In this document: positions 19,515 through 30,664 of the stretch, in pieces | How the letters are laid out: each line of letters begins with the position of its first letter | Numbering within the stretch: position 1 is the first letter of the stretch | Assembly: GCA_023432885.1 (NCBI GenBank) | Contig: JAEZEU010000116.1 | Span: forward strand, 1-59,055 | Length of the DNA stretch: 59,055 nucleotides | Source: Pseudomonadota bacterium | GTDB taxonomy: Bacteria > Pseudomonadota > Alphaproteobacteria > Rhizobiales > Xanthobacteraceae | Direction of reading: 5' to 3' | The notes under the pieces: generated by a model | The model's database searches: none | Told to the model about the DNA's origin: nothing | Seen by the model: only the letters and a program-made list of their open reading frames with translations | Position numbers and translations under genes: made by a program

Positions 19515-20215
19515 CCGACCTGAACCTCCTGGGCGGCGGCGCGGTACAAGGCCTCGTCGCGAGCCTCGCGCCCGCCTTCAAGGCGAAGTCCGGGCTTGAG
19601 ATCGTCGGTGAATTCGGCGCCGTCGGCGCTATGGCGGACAAATTGCGCGCTGGCCGGCCCACCGACATCATCATCCTGACCGAGACCCTTGTCGGCATCC
19701 TCGCCAGCGAGCAACTGGTTGTCCCCTCTTCCCTCGGGAATGTCGGCACGGTCGAAACCGCCCTCGCCGTCCGCGCCGGCGATCGCCCGGTGTCGGCGCC
19801 GAATCACGCAGCGCTGCGCAAGGCATTGCTCGCTGCGGACGCCATCTATGTTCCTGATACCAAGGCTTCGACGGCAGGCATCCACGTCGTACGGGTTCTC
19901 GCCCTGCTCGGTGTCCTCGGAGAGGTCGAGAGCCGCCTGAAAATCTACCCCAATGGCGCGACGGCGATGCGGCATCTGGCAGATTCGTCTGCGAGGCACC
20001 CTATCGGCTGCACGCAGACGACGGAAATCATCAGCACGTCGGGCGTGGTGCTTTCGGGTGCGCTGCCGCCGGGCTGCGAACTTGCCACGATGTACACCGC
20101 GGCCGTTACGACGGACGCCGCCCGGCCGCGAGAGGCACAAGCACTGGTCGATCTTCTGACGGCGGCCGAGCATGGCGAACTGCGCAACCGCGCGGGGTTC
20201 CTGGAGCCAGCGTGA
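19511..20215 (+). CDS. ModA-like periplasmic-binding-fold protein
   Basis: FGAVGAMADKL, PDTKASTAG, LPPGCELATMY; coupled to the Mo enzyme genes. Confidence 0.75.
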   Translation: MTDLNLLGGGAVQGLVASLAPAFKAKSGLEIVGEFGAVGAMADKLRAGRPTDIIILTETLVGILASEQLVVPSSLGNVGTVETALAVRAGDRPVSAPNHAALRKALLAADAIYVPDTKASTAGIHVVRVLALLGVLGEVESRLKIYPNGATAMRHLADSSARHPIGCTQTTEIISTSGVVLSGALPPGCELATMYTAAVTTDAARPREAQALVDLLTAAEHGELRNRAGFLEPA

Positions 20216-20216
20216 G

Positions 20217-20985
20217 TTACCGAATACCGCGCCGGTAAGCGAGCAGCCGAGCCTCGGCAAAGGACATCAGCAACGACGTAAGATATCCGATAACGCCAAG
20301 CAGGATCACGCCGGCAAACAGGTCGGCCGAGCGGAAAGCACGCGCTGACAGCAGCACTGAATGGCCGAGCCCGTCGAGACCCCGCGAGGATTTCGCAGAC
20401 CACCGAGAGAATCAGCGCCACGGTCAAACTAAGACGCATCCCAGCGAGAATATCTGGCGCCGCAGACGGCAGTCCGATCTTGAAGATCACGGCGAGTCGC
20501 GACATCTCAAGAGACCGCGCGACCTTATGAAGTCTCGGCTCGACGGCCGCCAAGCCGTGAATGGTTGCGAGCAGCATGGGCCAGATAGCGCCGAATGATT
20601 TCACAAAGAACGCCATCGCCTGCGTAAGGCCGAACATCGCAATCGCGAGCGGGATGATAGCCGAGATCGGCAACGGGCGAAGAAATTCCAGCGACGGCGC
20701 GATATAGCTGCGCGCAGCACGCGACGAGCCGATGATGGCACCGAGCGCGATGCCGGCGACTGACGCAAGGAACCAGCCATAGACCATGTGCTCCAACGTA
20801 CCGAGCAACTTGCTTGCCAGATCGCCGCTGGTGAAGCCGCGCACCAGCGAGGCCCAGGCGCGGTCTGGACCAGGTAGAAAAACCGGCGAGACCAGCCGGA
20901 GGTCGGCAACGAGTTGCCAAAGCCCGACAAAGCTGGCAGCGACAAAGAAGCTGGCGATTCGCCAATAAATCGCTTGGCGCCTCAT
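20217..20985 (-). pseudogene. Nitrate/sulfonate-type ABC permease, frameshifted
   Basis: EFLRPLP and EAA-like loop; C-terminal TM continues in another frame after ~20385 to TAA at 20217. Confidence 0.75.
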
Positions 20986-21744
20986 GCACGCTCCCTGACC
21001 AGCGCTGCCCGGCCAAACAGCCGCGCTTGCATCAGATTGAGAGCGGCGTTGAGGCCAAAACCGATCAGGCCGATCCAGATCAGATAGGCCAGCATCAGGT
21101 CTGCCTGCAGGCCCTGTTGCGCCGCCATGATCGCAGCACCCAGCCCGATCGGGTTGATGGCGATTTCGACGGTGACCGCGACATCAGCGCGATGCCGGCA
21201 GCGAGACGAAAGGCGACAAAGATGCGCGCAGCGCCGCAGGGACCACGATCTTGCGCACACGGTCCGCCGGCGAGAGTTTCAGCGCTCGCGCCACTTCCAT
21301 CAGACGCGGCTCGACCTGGCGGACCGCCGCGCGAGCAAGGATCAGCACCGGCCAGATGCAGGCAAAGGACACGATCGCAATTTCCATCCGATAGCCGAAA
21401 CCGAGCGCGATAAGCGCGATCGGCAACAGCGCGATGGAAGGAATGGGACGGATCGCTTCGATGGTTACTTCCATGAGTCGATCCAGAGACTGGACTAGAC
21501 CGAGAAGAATACCAAGCGTAAGCCCGATGGTTCCCCCGAGGAACAGGCCCGCAAAGGCCGATATAAGGGTGTCACGGGTCGCCGTGAGTATGGCACCGTC
21601 GGCGAAGGCGGACCACAGCGCGACCAGAATGGCGCTTGGCGGCGCCAGCGAGTCGCTGTGAAGATCGACCGTGCGCGCCCAGATTTCGAAGGCCAGCAGG
21701 ACGGCACCTGGCAGCGCCAGCGCCTTGACGCGATCCGCCGTCAT
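20982..21744 (-). pseudogene. Nitrate/sulfonate-type ABC permease, frameshifted
   Basis: EAIRPIPSIALLP; split between ORFs 21184-21744 and 20982-21260. Confidence 0.75.
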
Positions 21745-22310
21745 GCCTCGGATGCCTTGATGAAATCGAACAATTCTCGACGCAGGCCCAAGAACTCGGG
21801 GTTTTCACGCGTGGTCAGTTGATCGCGCGGGCGCGGCAGGTCGATCGCAAGCTCGATGCCGATGCCCCGGGATTGGGCAAGAGGCCAATCACGCGGTCGC
21901 CGAGGTAGATTGCTTCTTCCAGGTCGTGGGTGACGAAGATTACAGACGTGTTGGATGCCGCAACGAGCGACAGCACTTCGTCCTGGAGCCCCTGGCGCGT
22001 CATCGCGTCGAGCGCGCCAAAGGGTTCGTCCATCAGCAGGGCCTTCGGCTCCTGTGCCAGGCAACGCGCGATCTGCAAGCGCTGCTGCATGCCGCCGGAC
22101 ATTTCAGCGGGATATTTGCTGGCGTGGTTCGGTAACCCAACCTTCTTCAGCAACGCATCGATACGGCCTGCGCGTTGAGCGCTAGGAACACCGGTCGCTT
22201 CCAGGGCCAGCGAGATATTGCCGGCCGCGGTGCGCCAAGGCAGCAACGTCTTGCCGTAGTCCTGGAATACGATCGCTATGTCGCGCCGTGGCGACAACAT
22301 ATCGCTCTGG
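21741..22310 (-). pseudogene. ABC ATPase, 5'-truncated and frameshifted
   Basis: [23 protein letters not shown] present; no Walker A; C-terminus in another frame. Confidence 0.75.
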
Positions 22311-22369
22311 AGGGAAGGAACAGGTTGGCTTGGTCCACGAGAGCGATACCCGGCTCTTTGATTTGGCCA

Positions 22370-23250
22370 ACGCCGCAGGCGGGAGGGCAAGGCGGACGCT
22401 GCCTTCGCATCAATGCTATCGTTGATCGATGCCGGCCCCGCCGCGCTCGATGAAGCGCGCACGCTGTTCGACAAGCACGGCCGCGATGCCACCCTCTCCG
22501 AAGACGTTGGTCGCGTCGAGATCCTGGCGCCGGTGCCGGAGCCGCGTCAGATGCGCGATGGCATGTCCTTTCCCCTGCATATCCTCCAGGCACCGCGCGG
22601 TCAGTTGAAGCTCGCCGCGCGTGCCAAGGGCGACATGGCCGAACTCGTGCGGATCGACGCGGAGCCGCCCGGCGAATTGCCGGAGGTCTATCGAAAGCAG
22701 CCGATTTTCTACATCACCAACCGCTTCAACACGACGGCCGCGCTACAGCCAAGTGATGGATTACGAGCTCGAGTTCGGCATCATCACCAGGAACAAGGGC
22801 GCCAATATCTCCGCCGCCAGGGCGAAAGATCACATCTTTGGCTATACCATCTTCAATGATTTCTCCGCGCGCGATGCCCAGCGCGTCGCGATGGAGGGGC
22901 GTCTTGGGCCCGCCAAGGGCAAGAGCTTCGACGGCGGCAACGTGATGGGGCCGTGGATCGTGACGCCGGACGAGATCGGGGATCCCTACAAGCTGAAGAT
23001 GGAAGCGCGCGTCAATGGCGAGGTACGCTCCCTGGGCGTCTCTGACGGCATGCTGTTCTCCTTTGAGGAGATCATCGCCCACGTCACCAAGGACGAGCCC
23101 CTGATGCCTGGCGAATTTATCGTCTCCGGGACAGTCGGCAATGGCTGCGGGCTCGAACTCGGCTAGTATCTCGAACACGGCGATACCATCGAGCTTGAGG
23201 TCGAGAAGATTCGCGTGCTGAAGAACCGGGTTGAACGGCAGAACGCCTGA
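22370..23250 (+). pseudogene. Fumarylacetoacetate hydrolase family protein, disrupted
   Basis: DYELEFG, FNDFSARD, KGKSFD, SGTVGNGCG; frameshift near 22740 and in-frame TAG at 23164-23166. Confidence 0.8.
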
Positions 23251-23294
23251 GGGCTTAACTGCAAATAGTCAACAATCAAACGAGCGAGACGCCA

Positions 23295-24071
23295 ATGGCG
23301 CGCAAACTGATCGACATCTCCGTACCGCTGCAGAATGACGTTCCGGCCGACCCGCCGGGCGGGCATCCAACGATTCAATACATCGATCACCAGCAGGGCC
23401 TGCCCCGCATGCTGCAGTTTTTCGAGGGATTGAAGGCCGAGGATTTGCCGGACGGACAGGGCTGGGCGGTCGAGCAGGTGCAGCTCTCGACTCATAACGG
23501 CACGCATCTTGATGCACCCTGGCACTTCCACCCGACCATGAACCGCGGCGAGCGTTCTTGGACTATTGACGAAGTGCCGCTGGAGTGGTGCTTGCAGCCT
23601 GGCGTGAAACTCGACTTCCGCCACTTTCCCGACGGCTATGTCGCGACGGCCAGCGACGTGGAAAACGAGCTGAAGCGTATCGGGCACGCCCTGTCGCCAC
23701 TGGAGATCGTGGTGGTCAACACCAGCGCCGGCGCCAAATACGGCCAGCAGGATTATGTCACTTCAGGCTGCGGCATGGGCTACGAGGCAACGATGTACCT
23801 GCTTGAACGCGGCGTGCGGCTGACCGGCATCGACGGGTGGAGCTGGGATGCGCCGTTCGTCTACACCGCAAAAAAATATGCCGAGACCAAGGACGCGAGC
23901 CTGATATGGGAAGGCCACAAGGCCGGCCGCCACATCGGCTATTGCCACATCGAGAAGCTGCATAATCTGGAGCTGCTGCCTTCGACGGGCTTCATGGTGT
24001 CGTGCTTTCCGGTAAAGATCGAGCGCGCCTCGGCGGGCTGGACCCGCGCCGTCGCTATTCTCGACGGCTAG
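23295..24071 (+). CDS. Cyclase family metal-dependent hydrolase (kynurenine formamidase-like)
   Basis: THNGTHLDAPWH, GIDGWSWD, HIEKL. Confidence 0.9.
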   Translation: MARKLIDISVPLQNDVPADPPGGHPTIQYIDHQQGLPRMLQFFEGLKAEDLPDGQGWAVEQVQLSTHNGTHLDAPWHFHPTMNRGERSWTIDEVPLEWCLQPGVKLDFRHFPDGYVATASDVENELKRIGHALSPLEIVVVNTSAGAKYGQQDYVTSGCGMGYEATMYLLERGVRLTGIDGWSWDAPFVYTAKKYAETKDASLIWEGHKAGRHIGYCHIEKLHNLELLPSTGFMVSCFPVKIERASAGWTRAVAILDG

Positions 24072-24192
24072 GTGACGTATAGACGCAACTCTGAGACGAA
24101 GCCTCCGTAGACGAGCCGACAAAGGCTGCCTAAACTCCCCCAAAAAGCCGCCGGACCGGTGCCAGCGCGGATAGGCGCTAGACGCAGCCGAG

Positions 24193-25509
24193 ATGACAAG
24201 GGAGGATTGGATGAGCCGTTTTTCACGGATTGCCACGCTTGCTTCTGCCACAGCAATATCGCTCGCATTCACAGCGCCGGGCAAGGCGCAGGAAACCTTC
24301 AAGCTCGGCATCGTGACATTTCTGTCCGGGCCCGCCGCCGACAGCTTCGGCGTTCCCGCCCGCAACGGCGCGCAATTCGTCATCGACCAGTTGAACAAAG
24401 GCGCTGCCCCCTCGCCATACGAGAAGGTCGGGTTCGGCGGCATGAAGATCGAGCCCATCGTCATCGATGAGAATGGCGGCGCCACCAAGCAGGTGCAGGA
24501 ACTGCGCAATCTCTACCAGCGCGATAACGTCGATGCCGTGCTTGGCTATATCGGCTCGGGTGATTGTCTCGCGGTCGCCCCCATCGCCGAAGAGCTGAAG
24601 AAGTTTCTGATTCTGATGGATTGCGGTACGCCGCGTATCTTCGAGGAAGGTAAGTACAACTACGTGTTCCGCACCGCTGCACACGCCACGATGGATAATG
24701 TCGGCCTCATCCGCTACATGAAGGCCAAGAACGTCAAGATGGACACGCTGTCGGCTATCAACCAGGATTACGCTTGGGGCCAGGACAGCCGGGCTGACTT
24801 CGTGGCCGCTGCGGGACAGCTCTATCCCAACGCCAAGCTTGCGACCGACTTGCTGCCGAAATTCGGTGCGGGCCAGTATGGCACCGAGATCTCGGCCCTG
24901 GTGAGCGCCGGATCCGACGTGGTTTATTCGAGCCTCTGGGGCGGTGACCTGCAGTCCTTCATCCTGCAAGCAGCACCGCGCGGCCTGCCCAAGCGCAGCC
25001 AACTCGTGTTCAGCGCAGCCGATCACGTGCTGCCGCCGCTCGGCGACAAGATGCCTGATGGAACGATCATCGGCGCACGCGGCGCGTATGGGCTGATGTC
25101 ACAGAAATCGCCGCTGAACGACTGGCTGTTCAAAGGTTATGAAGCGGCCAACGGCGTTTACCCCGTGCAAGCGTCCTATCGTATGGCGCAGGCAATCCTC
25201 GGATTGAAGGCGGCGATCGAAAAGGCGATGGCCAAGAACGGCGGCAAGAAGCCTTCAACTGACGAAATGGTCGCAGCCATGACCGGACTGGAATGGCCCT
25301 CGCCCGGCGGGCTGATCCAGATGAAGCTTGCGGATGGACATCAGGCCATCCAGCCGATCGCGTTCGGCCGCACAAAGTACAATCCCGACTTGAAGCGGGT
25401 CGACCTCGTTGACATCGAGTACTTCGACGCCGAATGCGTCAATCCGCCTCCGGGCGTGAAGTCGCTCGACTGGATCAAGGGCGGCATGCAGGGCGCCAAG
25501 TGCAAGTGA
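24193..25509 (+). CDS. ABC transporter substrate-binding protein (branched-chain amino acid family)
   Basis: Signal peptide; LSGPAA, DYAWG; followed by liv-type genes; start may be 24211. Confidence 0.88.
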   Translation: MTREDWMSRFSRIATLASATAISLAFTAPGKAQETFKLGIVTFLSGPAADSFGVPARNGAQFVIDQLNKGAAPSPYEKVGFGGMKIEPIVIDENGGATKQVQELRNLYQRDNVDAVLGYIGSGDCLAVAPIAEELKKFLILMDCGTPRIFEEGKYNYVFRTAAHATMDNVGLIRYMKAKNVKMDTLSAINQDYAWGQDSRADFVAAAGQLYPNAKLATDLLPKFGAGQYGTEISALVSAGSDVVYSSLWGGDLQSFILQAAPRGLPKRSQLVFSAADHVLPPLGDKMPDGTIIGARGAYGLMSQKSPLNDWLFKGYEAANGVYPVQASYRMAQAILGLKAAIEKAMAKNGGKKPSTDEMVAAMTGLEWPSPGGLIQMKLADGHQAIQPIAFGRTKYNPDLKRVDLVDIEYFDAECVNPPPGVKSLDWIKGGMQGAKCK

Positions 25510-25605
25510 GCGAACCTTCGCAGCTGGATTGACCGAGATGCAGCGGCACGAACCCGAAGCGTTCATGCCGCTGCTTTTATGCCTCTTCGTCGCAAGCGCC
25601 TCGAC

Positions 25606-26502
25606 ATGAATTTCTTTCTGACCATCATCCTTGACGGCCTGATCCAGGCCTCGTGGCTGTTCGTGGTGGCGCTGGGGCTGACGCTGGTGTTCGGCGTCCT
25701 GAAAATACTCAACATCGCCCATGGCAGCCTCTACGCGCTCGGCGCCTATGTCGCGGCAACCGCCGTGACCATGGTTGCGGCGCGCGGGCTGCCGCCCGCC
25801 GTGGGTTTTGTCGCCATGTTTGTTGCAGTGGCCCTGATCGCGTCCGCGGTCGGCCTGTTGCTCGAACGCGGTCTGCTCAGGATGTTCTACGGCCGCGATG
25901 AGGTCGTGCTACTGCTGGTGACCTACGCCGTCTTCCTGATCCTGGAAGACGTCACCAAGCTGACCTGGGGCGTCAATCCGATCTACGCGACGCAGCCCTA
26001 CGAGTTGTTTGGCAACCTCGAATTCGCAGGGCTGTATTACGTCGGCTACGACCTTGTGCTGATTCCGGTCTCCGCGGCGATCGGATTTGCGATCTGGTAT
26101 GGCCTCAATCGCACCATCACAGGCAAGATCGTGCTGGCCGTGATCCATAACCAGGAGATGAGCGTCAGCATGGGCGTGCGCGTCAACCGCGTCTATGCAT
26201 TCGCTTTCGCGCTGGGAGCGCTGCTGGCGGCGATCGCCGGGGCGTTGACGGCGCCAAAGATTTCGATCCAGCCCGGACTGAGCTCGGATGTGATCATCCT
26301 GAGCTTTGCCATTGTGGTGATCGGGGGACTGGGTAGCGTCGAGGGAGCGGCGGTCGGCGCAGTTCTGGTCGGGCTTGCGCGAGCGGCTTCCGTGCATCTG
26401 ATCCCGCAAGCCGAACTGTTCGTGATCTACCTCGTAATGGCCGGCGTCCTCATGTTCCGCCCTGAAGGCCTGTTCAAGCGCGAGACGGCGAGGCGCATCT
26501 GA
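25606..26502 (+). CDS. Branched-chain amino acid ABC permease (LivH-like)
   Basis: GLTLVFGVLKILNIAHG, VVIGGLGS. Confidence 0.9.
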   Translation: MNFFLTIILDGLIQASWLFVVALGLTLVFGVLKILNIAHGSLYALGAYVAATAVTMVAARGLPPAVGFVAMFVAVALIASAVGLLLERGLLRMFYGRDEVVLLLVTYAVFLILEDVTKLTWGVNPIYATQPYELFGNLEFAGLYYVGYDLVLIPVSAAIGFAIWYGLNRTITGKIVLAVIHNQEMSVSMGVRVNRVYAFAFALGALLAAIAGALTAPKISIQPGLSSDVIILSFAIVVIGGLGSVEGAAVGAVLVGLARAASVHLIPQAELFVIYLVMAGVLMFRPEGLFKRETARRI

Positions 26503-27482
26503 TGAACAAGGGAATGCATCCCCTTCTCATGATCGCGCTGGTCGCAACCGTCACGCTGTGCGGCCGCGTGCTGCCGACATGGACGCTGTCGCTGGCCACC
26601 ATAGCCGCCGCCAATGCGCTGATCTCACTCGGTATAGTGGTGTTGGCGCGCACCGGCAACGTTTCCTTCGGCCAGGGCCTGTTCTACGCTGCCGGCGGCT
26701 ACAGTGTGGCCTTGATTGCCAATGCCTGGGGACTTACCGACGCCGTCGCGCAGGTGATGATCGGAGCCGTCTGCGGAGGCCTGCTCGGCCTCGTCATAGG
26801 TCCCCTGATCGCGCGCTACAGCGGCATCTTCTTCGGCATGCTGACGCTCGCGCTATCCATGGTGTTCTATGGCGCGCTGGTGAAATCCACCGCGCTTGGC
26901 GGCTCCGATGGCTTTAATGTCGGCAGGCCGACCCTGTTCGGGATGAGCATTGCCGATCCACGCGAGGCCGACTTCATGCTGTATGCCGTGGCGGTCATCA
27001 CGACCGGCCTTGCCGGCATTGCAGCGACCGTCCTGTTCCGCTCCGAATTCGGGCTCGCGAGCCTTGCGGTCCGCGGAAACAACCTGCGCGTCGAGTATCT
27101 CGGCCTCTCGGCCAATCGCATCGTCTCGATCAATTTCGTGATTGCGGCGGTTTTTGCCGGTGCCAGCGGCGCCTTTGCGCTGATGGCGCAGCGGCACATC
27201 GACCCGCAATTCGCCTACTGGACCACCTCGGGCGAGTTCGTTTTCGTGGCGGTGCTGGCCGGAAATCAGAGCGTCGCCGCGGTGTTCGTCGCATCAATGG
27301 CGCTGGAGCTGGTTCGATCCTTCTCCAACCTGTACCTGCCCAACACCTGGCAGCTCGTGCTTGGCGTATTCCTTCTGGCCGTGATCCTGTTCCTGCCGCG
27401 CGGCATCGGCTCGCTCTGGGTTCGCGGCAAGCGCGGCAGCAGCAAGCAGGCCATAGCCGTCGAAAAGGAGTTGGTGTCATGA
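26502..27482 (+). CDS. Branched-chain amino acid ABC permease (LivM-like)
   Basis: GNVSFGQGLF, FFGMLTLA, GGSDG, FLPRGI. Confidence 0.9.
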   Translation: MNKGMHPLLMIALVATVTLCGRVLPTWTLSLATIAAANALISLGIVVLARTGNVSFGQGLFYAAGGYSVALIANAWGLTDAVAQVMIGAVCGGLLGLVIGPLIARYSGIFFGMLTLALSMVFYGALVKSTALGGSDGFNVGRPTLFGMSIADPREADFMLYAVAVITTGLAGIAATVLFRSEFGLASLAVRGNNLRVEYLGLSANRIVSINFVIAAVFAGASGAFALMAQRHIDPQFAYWTTSGEFVFVAVLAGNQSVAAVFVASMALELVRSFSNLYLPNTWQLVLGVFLLAVILFLPRGIGSLWVRGKRGSSKQAIAVEKELVS

Positions 27483-28225
27483 ATCCGGTGCTCTCCGTGC
27501 ACGGGCTCAACAAGCGTTTCGGCGCCGTCGTTGCCGCCGATGCACTGACGCTGGACATTCCGGCCGGCCAAAAGGTCAGCCTGATCGGCGCCAACGGCGC
27601 CGGCAAGACCACGTTTGTGAACCTGGTCACTGGCTATCTCACGCCGGACAGCGGCTCGATTGCGCTCGATGGTCTGCACATTGGCGGGCACTCGCCGCGA
27701 AAGGTCGCGCGGCTCGGCATCTCGCGTTCGTTCCAGATTCCGCAATTGTTCGTCGAGCTCACTGCCGCCGAAAACCTGATCGTGGCCCTATCCGGCGCGG
27801 GTACCAGAACGCTGTCATTCCGTTTGCCCGCACGGGCGCATCTTCATGACAGAGCCGTCGAGTTGCTGGGCAGGTTCGGCCTTGCCGATCTCGCTGAACG
27901 CCCGATCTCGGAGCTGGCAGGCGGTGTGCGCAAGTTGATCGATATCGCCATGGCGCTGGTCCGCCGGCCGAAACTGCTGCTGCTCGACGAGCCCACCTCG
28001 GGCGTCTCGGCGGAAGATAAATTCGCCACCATGGACCGCGTGATCCATGCCGTCACGCCGGATGCTGCCACGATCGTCTTTGTCGAGCACGACATGGACA
28101 TTGTCAGCCGCTATGCCGACCGTGTGATTGCCTTCTATCAGGGCCGCATCCTCGCCGATGGCGAGCCCGGCCATGTGCTGAAGGACAAGGACGTCCGTTT
28201 CTACGTCACCGGAGGCGCCAGATGA
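27479..28225 (+). CDS. ABC ATPase (LivG-like)
   Basis: GANGAGKT, LLLDEP, VEHD. Confidence 0.9.
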   Translation: MNPVLSVHGLNKRFGAVVAADALTLDIPAGQKVSLIGANGAGKTTFVNLVTGYLTPDSGSIALDGLHIGGHSPRKVARLGISRSFQIPQLFVELTAAENLIVALSGAGTRTLSFRLPARAHLHDRAVELLGRFGLADLAERPISELAGGVRKLIDIAMALVRRPKLLLLDEPTSGVSAEDKFATMDRVIHAVTPDAATIVFVEHDMDIVSRYADRVIAFYQGRILADGEPGHVLKDKDVRFYVTGGAR

Positions 28226-28887
28226 CTGCCGGCAAGCCGCTGCTCGAGATCGATAATCTCGTGGTCGAAATCCAGTCTATGCCGGCGCTGCGCGGCTTTT
28301 CCATGCGCATTGACCGTGGCGCCATGGTGAGTCTGGTCGGCCGCAACGGCGCCGGCAAGACCACGCTGATGCGCTCCATCATGGGACACCTCAAGCCGGT
28401 ACGCGGCTCGATCCGGTTCGAAGGCGCCGATCTAGCCCCGCGTCCGCGTCATGCCCGCGCTGGGCTCGGGATCGGCTATATGCCGGAGGACCGCGGCCTC
28501 GTGCCGCAACTAACCGTCGAGGAAAATATCCTGCTGCCGCTGTGGGTCGCCGATCATCTCGATCGCAAGGCACGCCTCGAGCTTGTCTATGACGTGATCG
28601 GCGAACTCGCGGAGTTCAGGCATCGCAAGGCACTCCTGCTCAGCGGCGGCCAGCAGAAGCTGGTCGCGCTGGGCCGTGCGCTCGCCATCGGGACCAAATG
28701 CCTGCTGCTCGACGAGCCCTTCGAGGGGATCGCGCCGGCCCTGTCGGAACGCCTGTCGGAAGTGCTCGCCTCGCTTCGGGGCAAGGATCTCACCTTGCTG
28801 ATGTCCCAGTCGGACATGAACCATTCGCGGGGGCTGATCGACGTCGAGTTCACTATCGAGCGCGGCGCCAATCTGTTGCCCGCCTGA
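28222..28887 (+). CDS. ABC ATPase (LivF-like)
   Basis: GRNGAGKT, LSGGQQK, LLLDEPFEG. Confidence 0.9.
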   Translation: MTAGKPLLEIDNLVVEIQSMPALRGFSMRIDRGAMVSLVGRNGAGKTTLMRSIMGHLKPVRGSIRFEGADLAPRPRHARAGLGIGYMPEDRGLVPQLTVEENILLPLWVADHLDRKARLELVYDVIGELAEFRHRKALLLSGGQQKLVALGRALAIGTKCLLLDEPFEGIAPALSERLSEVLASLRGKDLTLLMSQSDMNHSRGLIDVEFTIERGANLLPA

Positions 28888-29259
28888 CCCGTAGTCTCAC
28901 GTGCGGTGATGGCCCGAGCCTGGTTGGACGGCTCCGCGGCCCGCTTCGACAACGTAGCGCCGATATCGGTATCAGCGAGCTCGCCCAGCACGCCGTCCCT
29001 AACTCACTTGACGACATCGGGATGGCTGACAACGGTCCAATCAGCGCATGGGAAACAGTACCGACAAGGCGACGAGCTTCATGGTCCAGTTTTCTAGATG
29101 TTCGGTTCGCTTTTTGGAAATTTGTACATGGACGCCAGACGCAGGTATACTCCCCATGTCCCTCGCATACTGCAGTGCACACAAAGTGCTCGTGAAGGGT
29201 GTCACAACCAACGTCAATTTCACCCCTTGTGAGATGTAATCCCTTGGGACGTACCGGGC

Positions 29260-29991
29260 TCAGTCGCTGTCTTCGGATCCCGCGCCGATCAGCGCCTGCA
29301 GGGGCTCGGGCTTCAACACCACGATGGCGCCATGCTCGAGGCGCACCAAGCCGCGCGCCGCCCAAGCGCGCAATTGCTTGTTGATGCTTTCGCGGGTCAT
29401 GCCGACCATCTCGCTGATTTCCTGCTGCGTGATAGCGATCTTGCGCTCACCTTCCGTCAGCTTGCGGCGCTCGGTCAGCCTGAGCAGCGCGCTGGCGAGC
29501 CGGCCGGGCAGATCCTGCAGGATCACCTGCTCGACCTGGTCGCTGGTCCGGCGCAGCCGCTCGCAGAGCAGTTCGATGAACTTCATTGCCAGTGTCGGCT
29601 GGCTGCGCACAAACGGCACGAATTCGCGGCGGTCGATGGTGAACATCTCACAGTTCGTGTTTGCGGTGGCATCCGCGCTTCGGTCGTGGCCGGAGAGCAG
29701 CGCCATCTCCCCGAAAATCTCGCCGGGGCCGATCAGGTTGAGGATGGCGTTGCGGCCGTCGGGCGAGGAAATGCTGATCTTCACGGTGCCGCTGATAACG
29801 GCAAACAGGCTCGTTGGCGGATCACCCTTGGCAAAGATTGGCGTGCCCCGCTTCAGCGTCGAGTGCTTGGCATAGCGGCAGAGTTGCTCGAACGCCTCCG
29901 GTTCAAGGTCGGCAAAATAGGGGTGCTTGCGCAGGACTGACAGCTTGCTGCTTGCAAACCCGCGGGCTTCGCCTTTGTTGTCCTGAGGCAC
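29260..29991 (-). CDS. Crp/Fnr family transcriptional regulator
   Basis: cNMP-binding FGEMAL...RSA; HTH ITQQEISEMVGMTRESINK. Confidence 0.93.
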   Translation of the reverse strand: MPQDNKGEARGFASSKLSVLRKHPYFADLEPEAFEQLCRYAKHSTLKRGTPIFAKGDPPTSLFAVISGTVKISISSPDGRNAILNLIGPGEIFGEMALLSGHDRSADATANTNCEMFTIDRREFVPFVRSQPTLAMKFIELLCERLRRTSDQVEQVILQDLPGRLASALLRLTERRKLTEGERKIAITQQEISEMVGMTRESINKQLRAWAARGLVRLEHGAIVVLKPEPLQALIGAGSEDSD

Positions 29992-30563
29992 GCTGGTTGT
30001 CTCCCGGAAGGATGCCGCGCCGACAATTCCTCCGTAATCAAGGCAGCTCCGCTTTTCAACCGGAAACCGGCTTTTTGGGCCGCCCTCGGGGGACGAAGGA
30101 GAAATATGAGGGCCAGCGTCGTCGCCGCCGCCTCGACGAGGGCAGCAGCAGCCGAAAAGTAGAGCCAGTCGAGTTTAGCGTCCGGAAGCTGCAGAGCGCC
30201 CCACCCTCCCACGAGCACGATGGCCAGACGAAGCAGACCTGGCCAGCAAGGAAGCGCCGCCACCCCTGGTAAGTCGAGCATAATCCCGTAGCACAGGCCA
30301 TGAATCCGTAAACCGATCCGTCACGCGGAAAGTATCCGTCTGCCGCAGCGGCCACGGCCTCAGTGCGTGAGTAGCTCGGCTATCAAGTATCCAAACACGG
30401 CAACCCCGCCTCAAGCGCGACGAAAATCGCGCCCGACAACACGCAAAAGATGAGGCTGGCCCAGCGAGCACGCGCTGAGAGACGCAACAAAAAAGCCGAC
30501 TATCTGGGACCACCTGCATCCGTATGTGCAAATGGATCGATGGCAGCCCATCAGACACTCCAC

Positions 30564-30603
30564 AAAAGCAAAAAAGCCCGGCGGCCGAGAGGCCACCGGG
30601 CTT
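30564..30603 (-). terminator. Rho-independent terminator closing the phage-like operon
   Basis: Minus strand AAGCCCGGTGGCC-TCTC-GGCCGCCGGGCTT followed by TTTTGCTTTT, ~60 bp after the GNAT stop. Confidence 0.85.
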
Positions 30604-30664
30604 GAGAAGACGCGACCATCCACGAACTGCGCTATCCGTAGCGGCTCCAACGATTTCGAATGCG

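Noticed and set aside
28890..30560. Short ORFs flanking the Crp/Fnr gene; possible att site or tRNA at the element border
   Set aside because: No coherent protein motifs, tRNA fold or direct repeat recognised by eye
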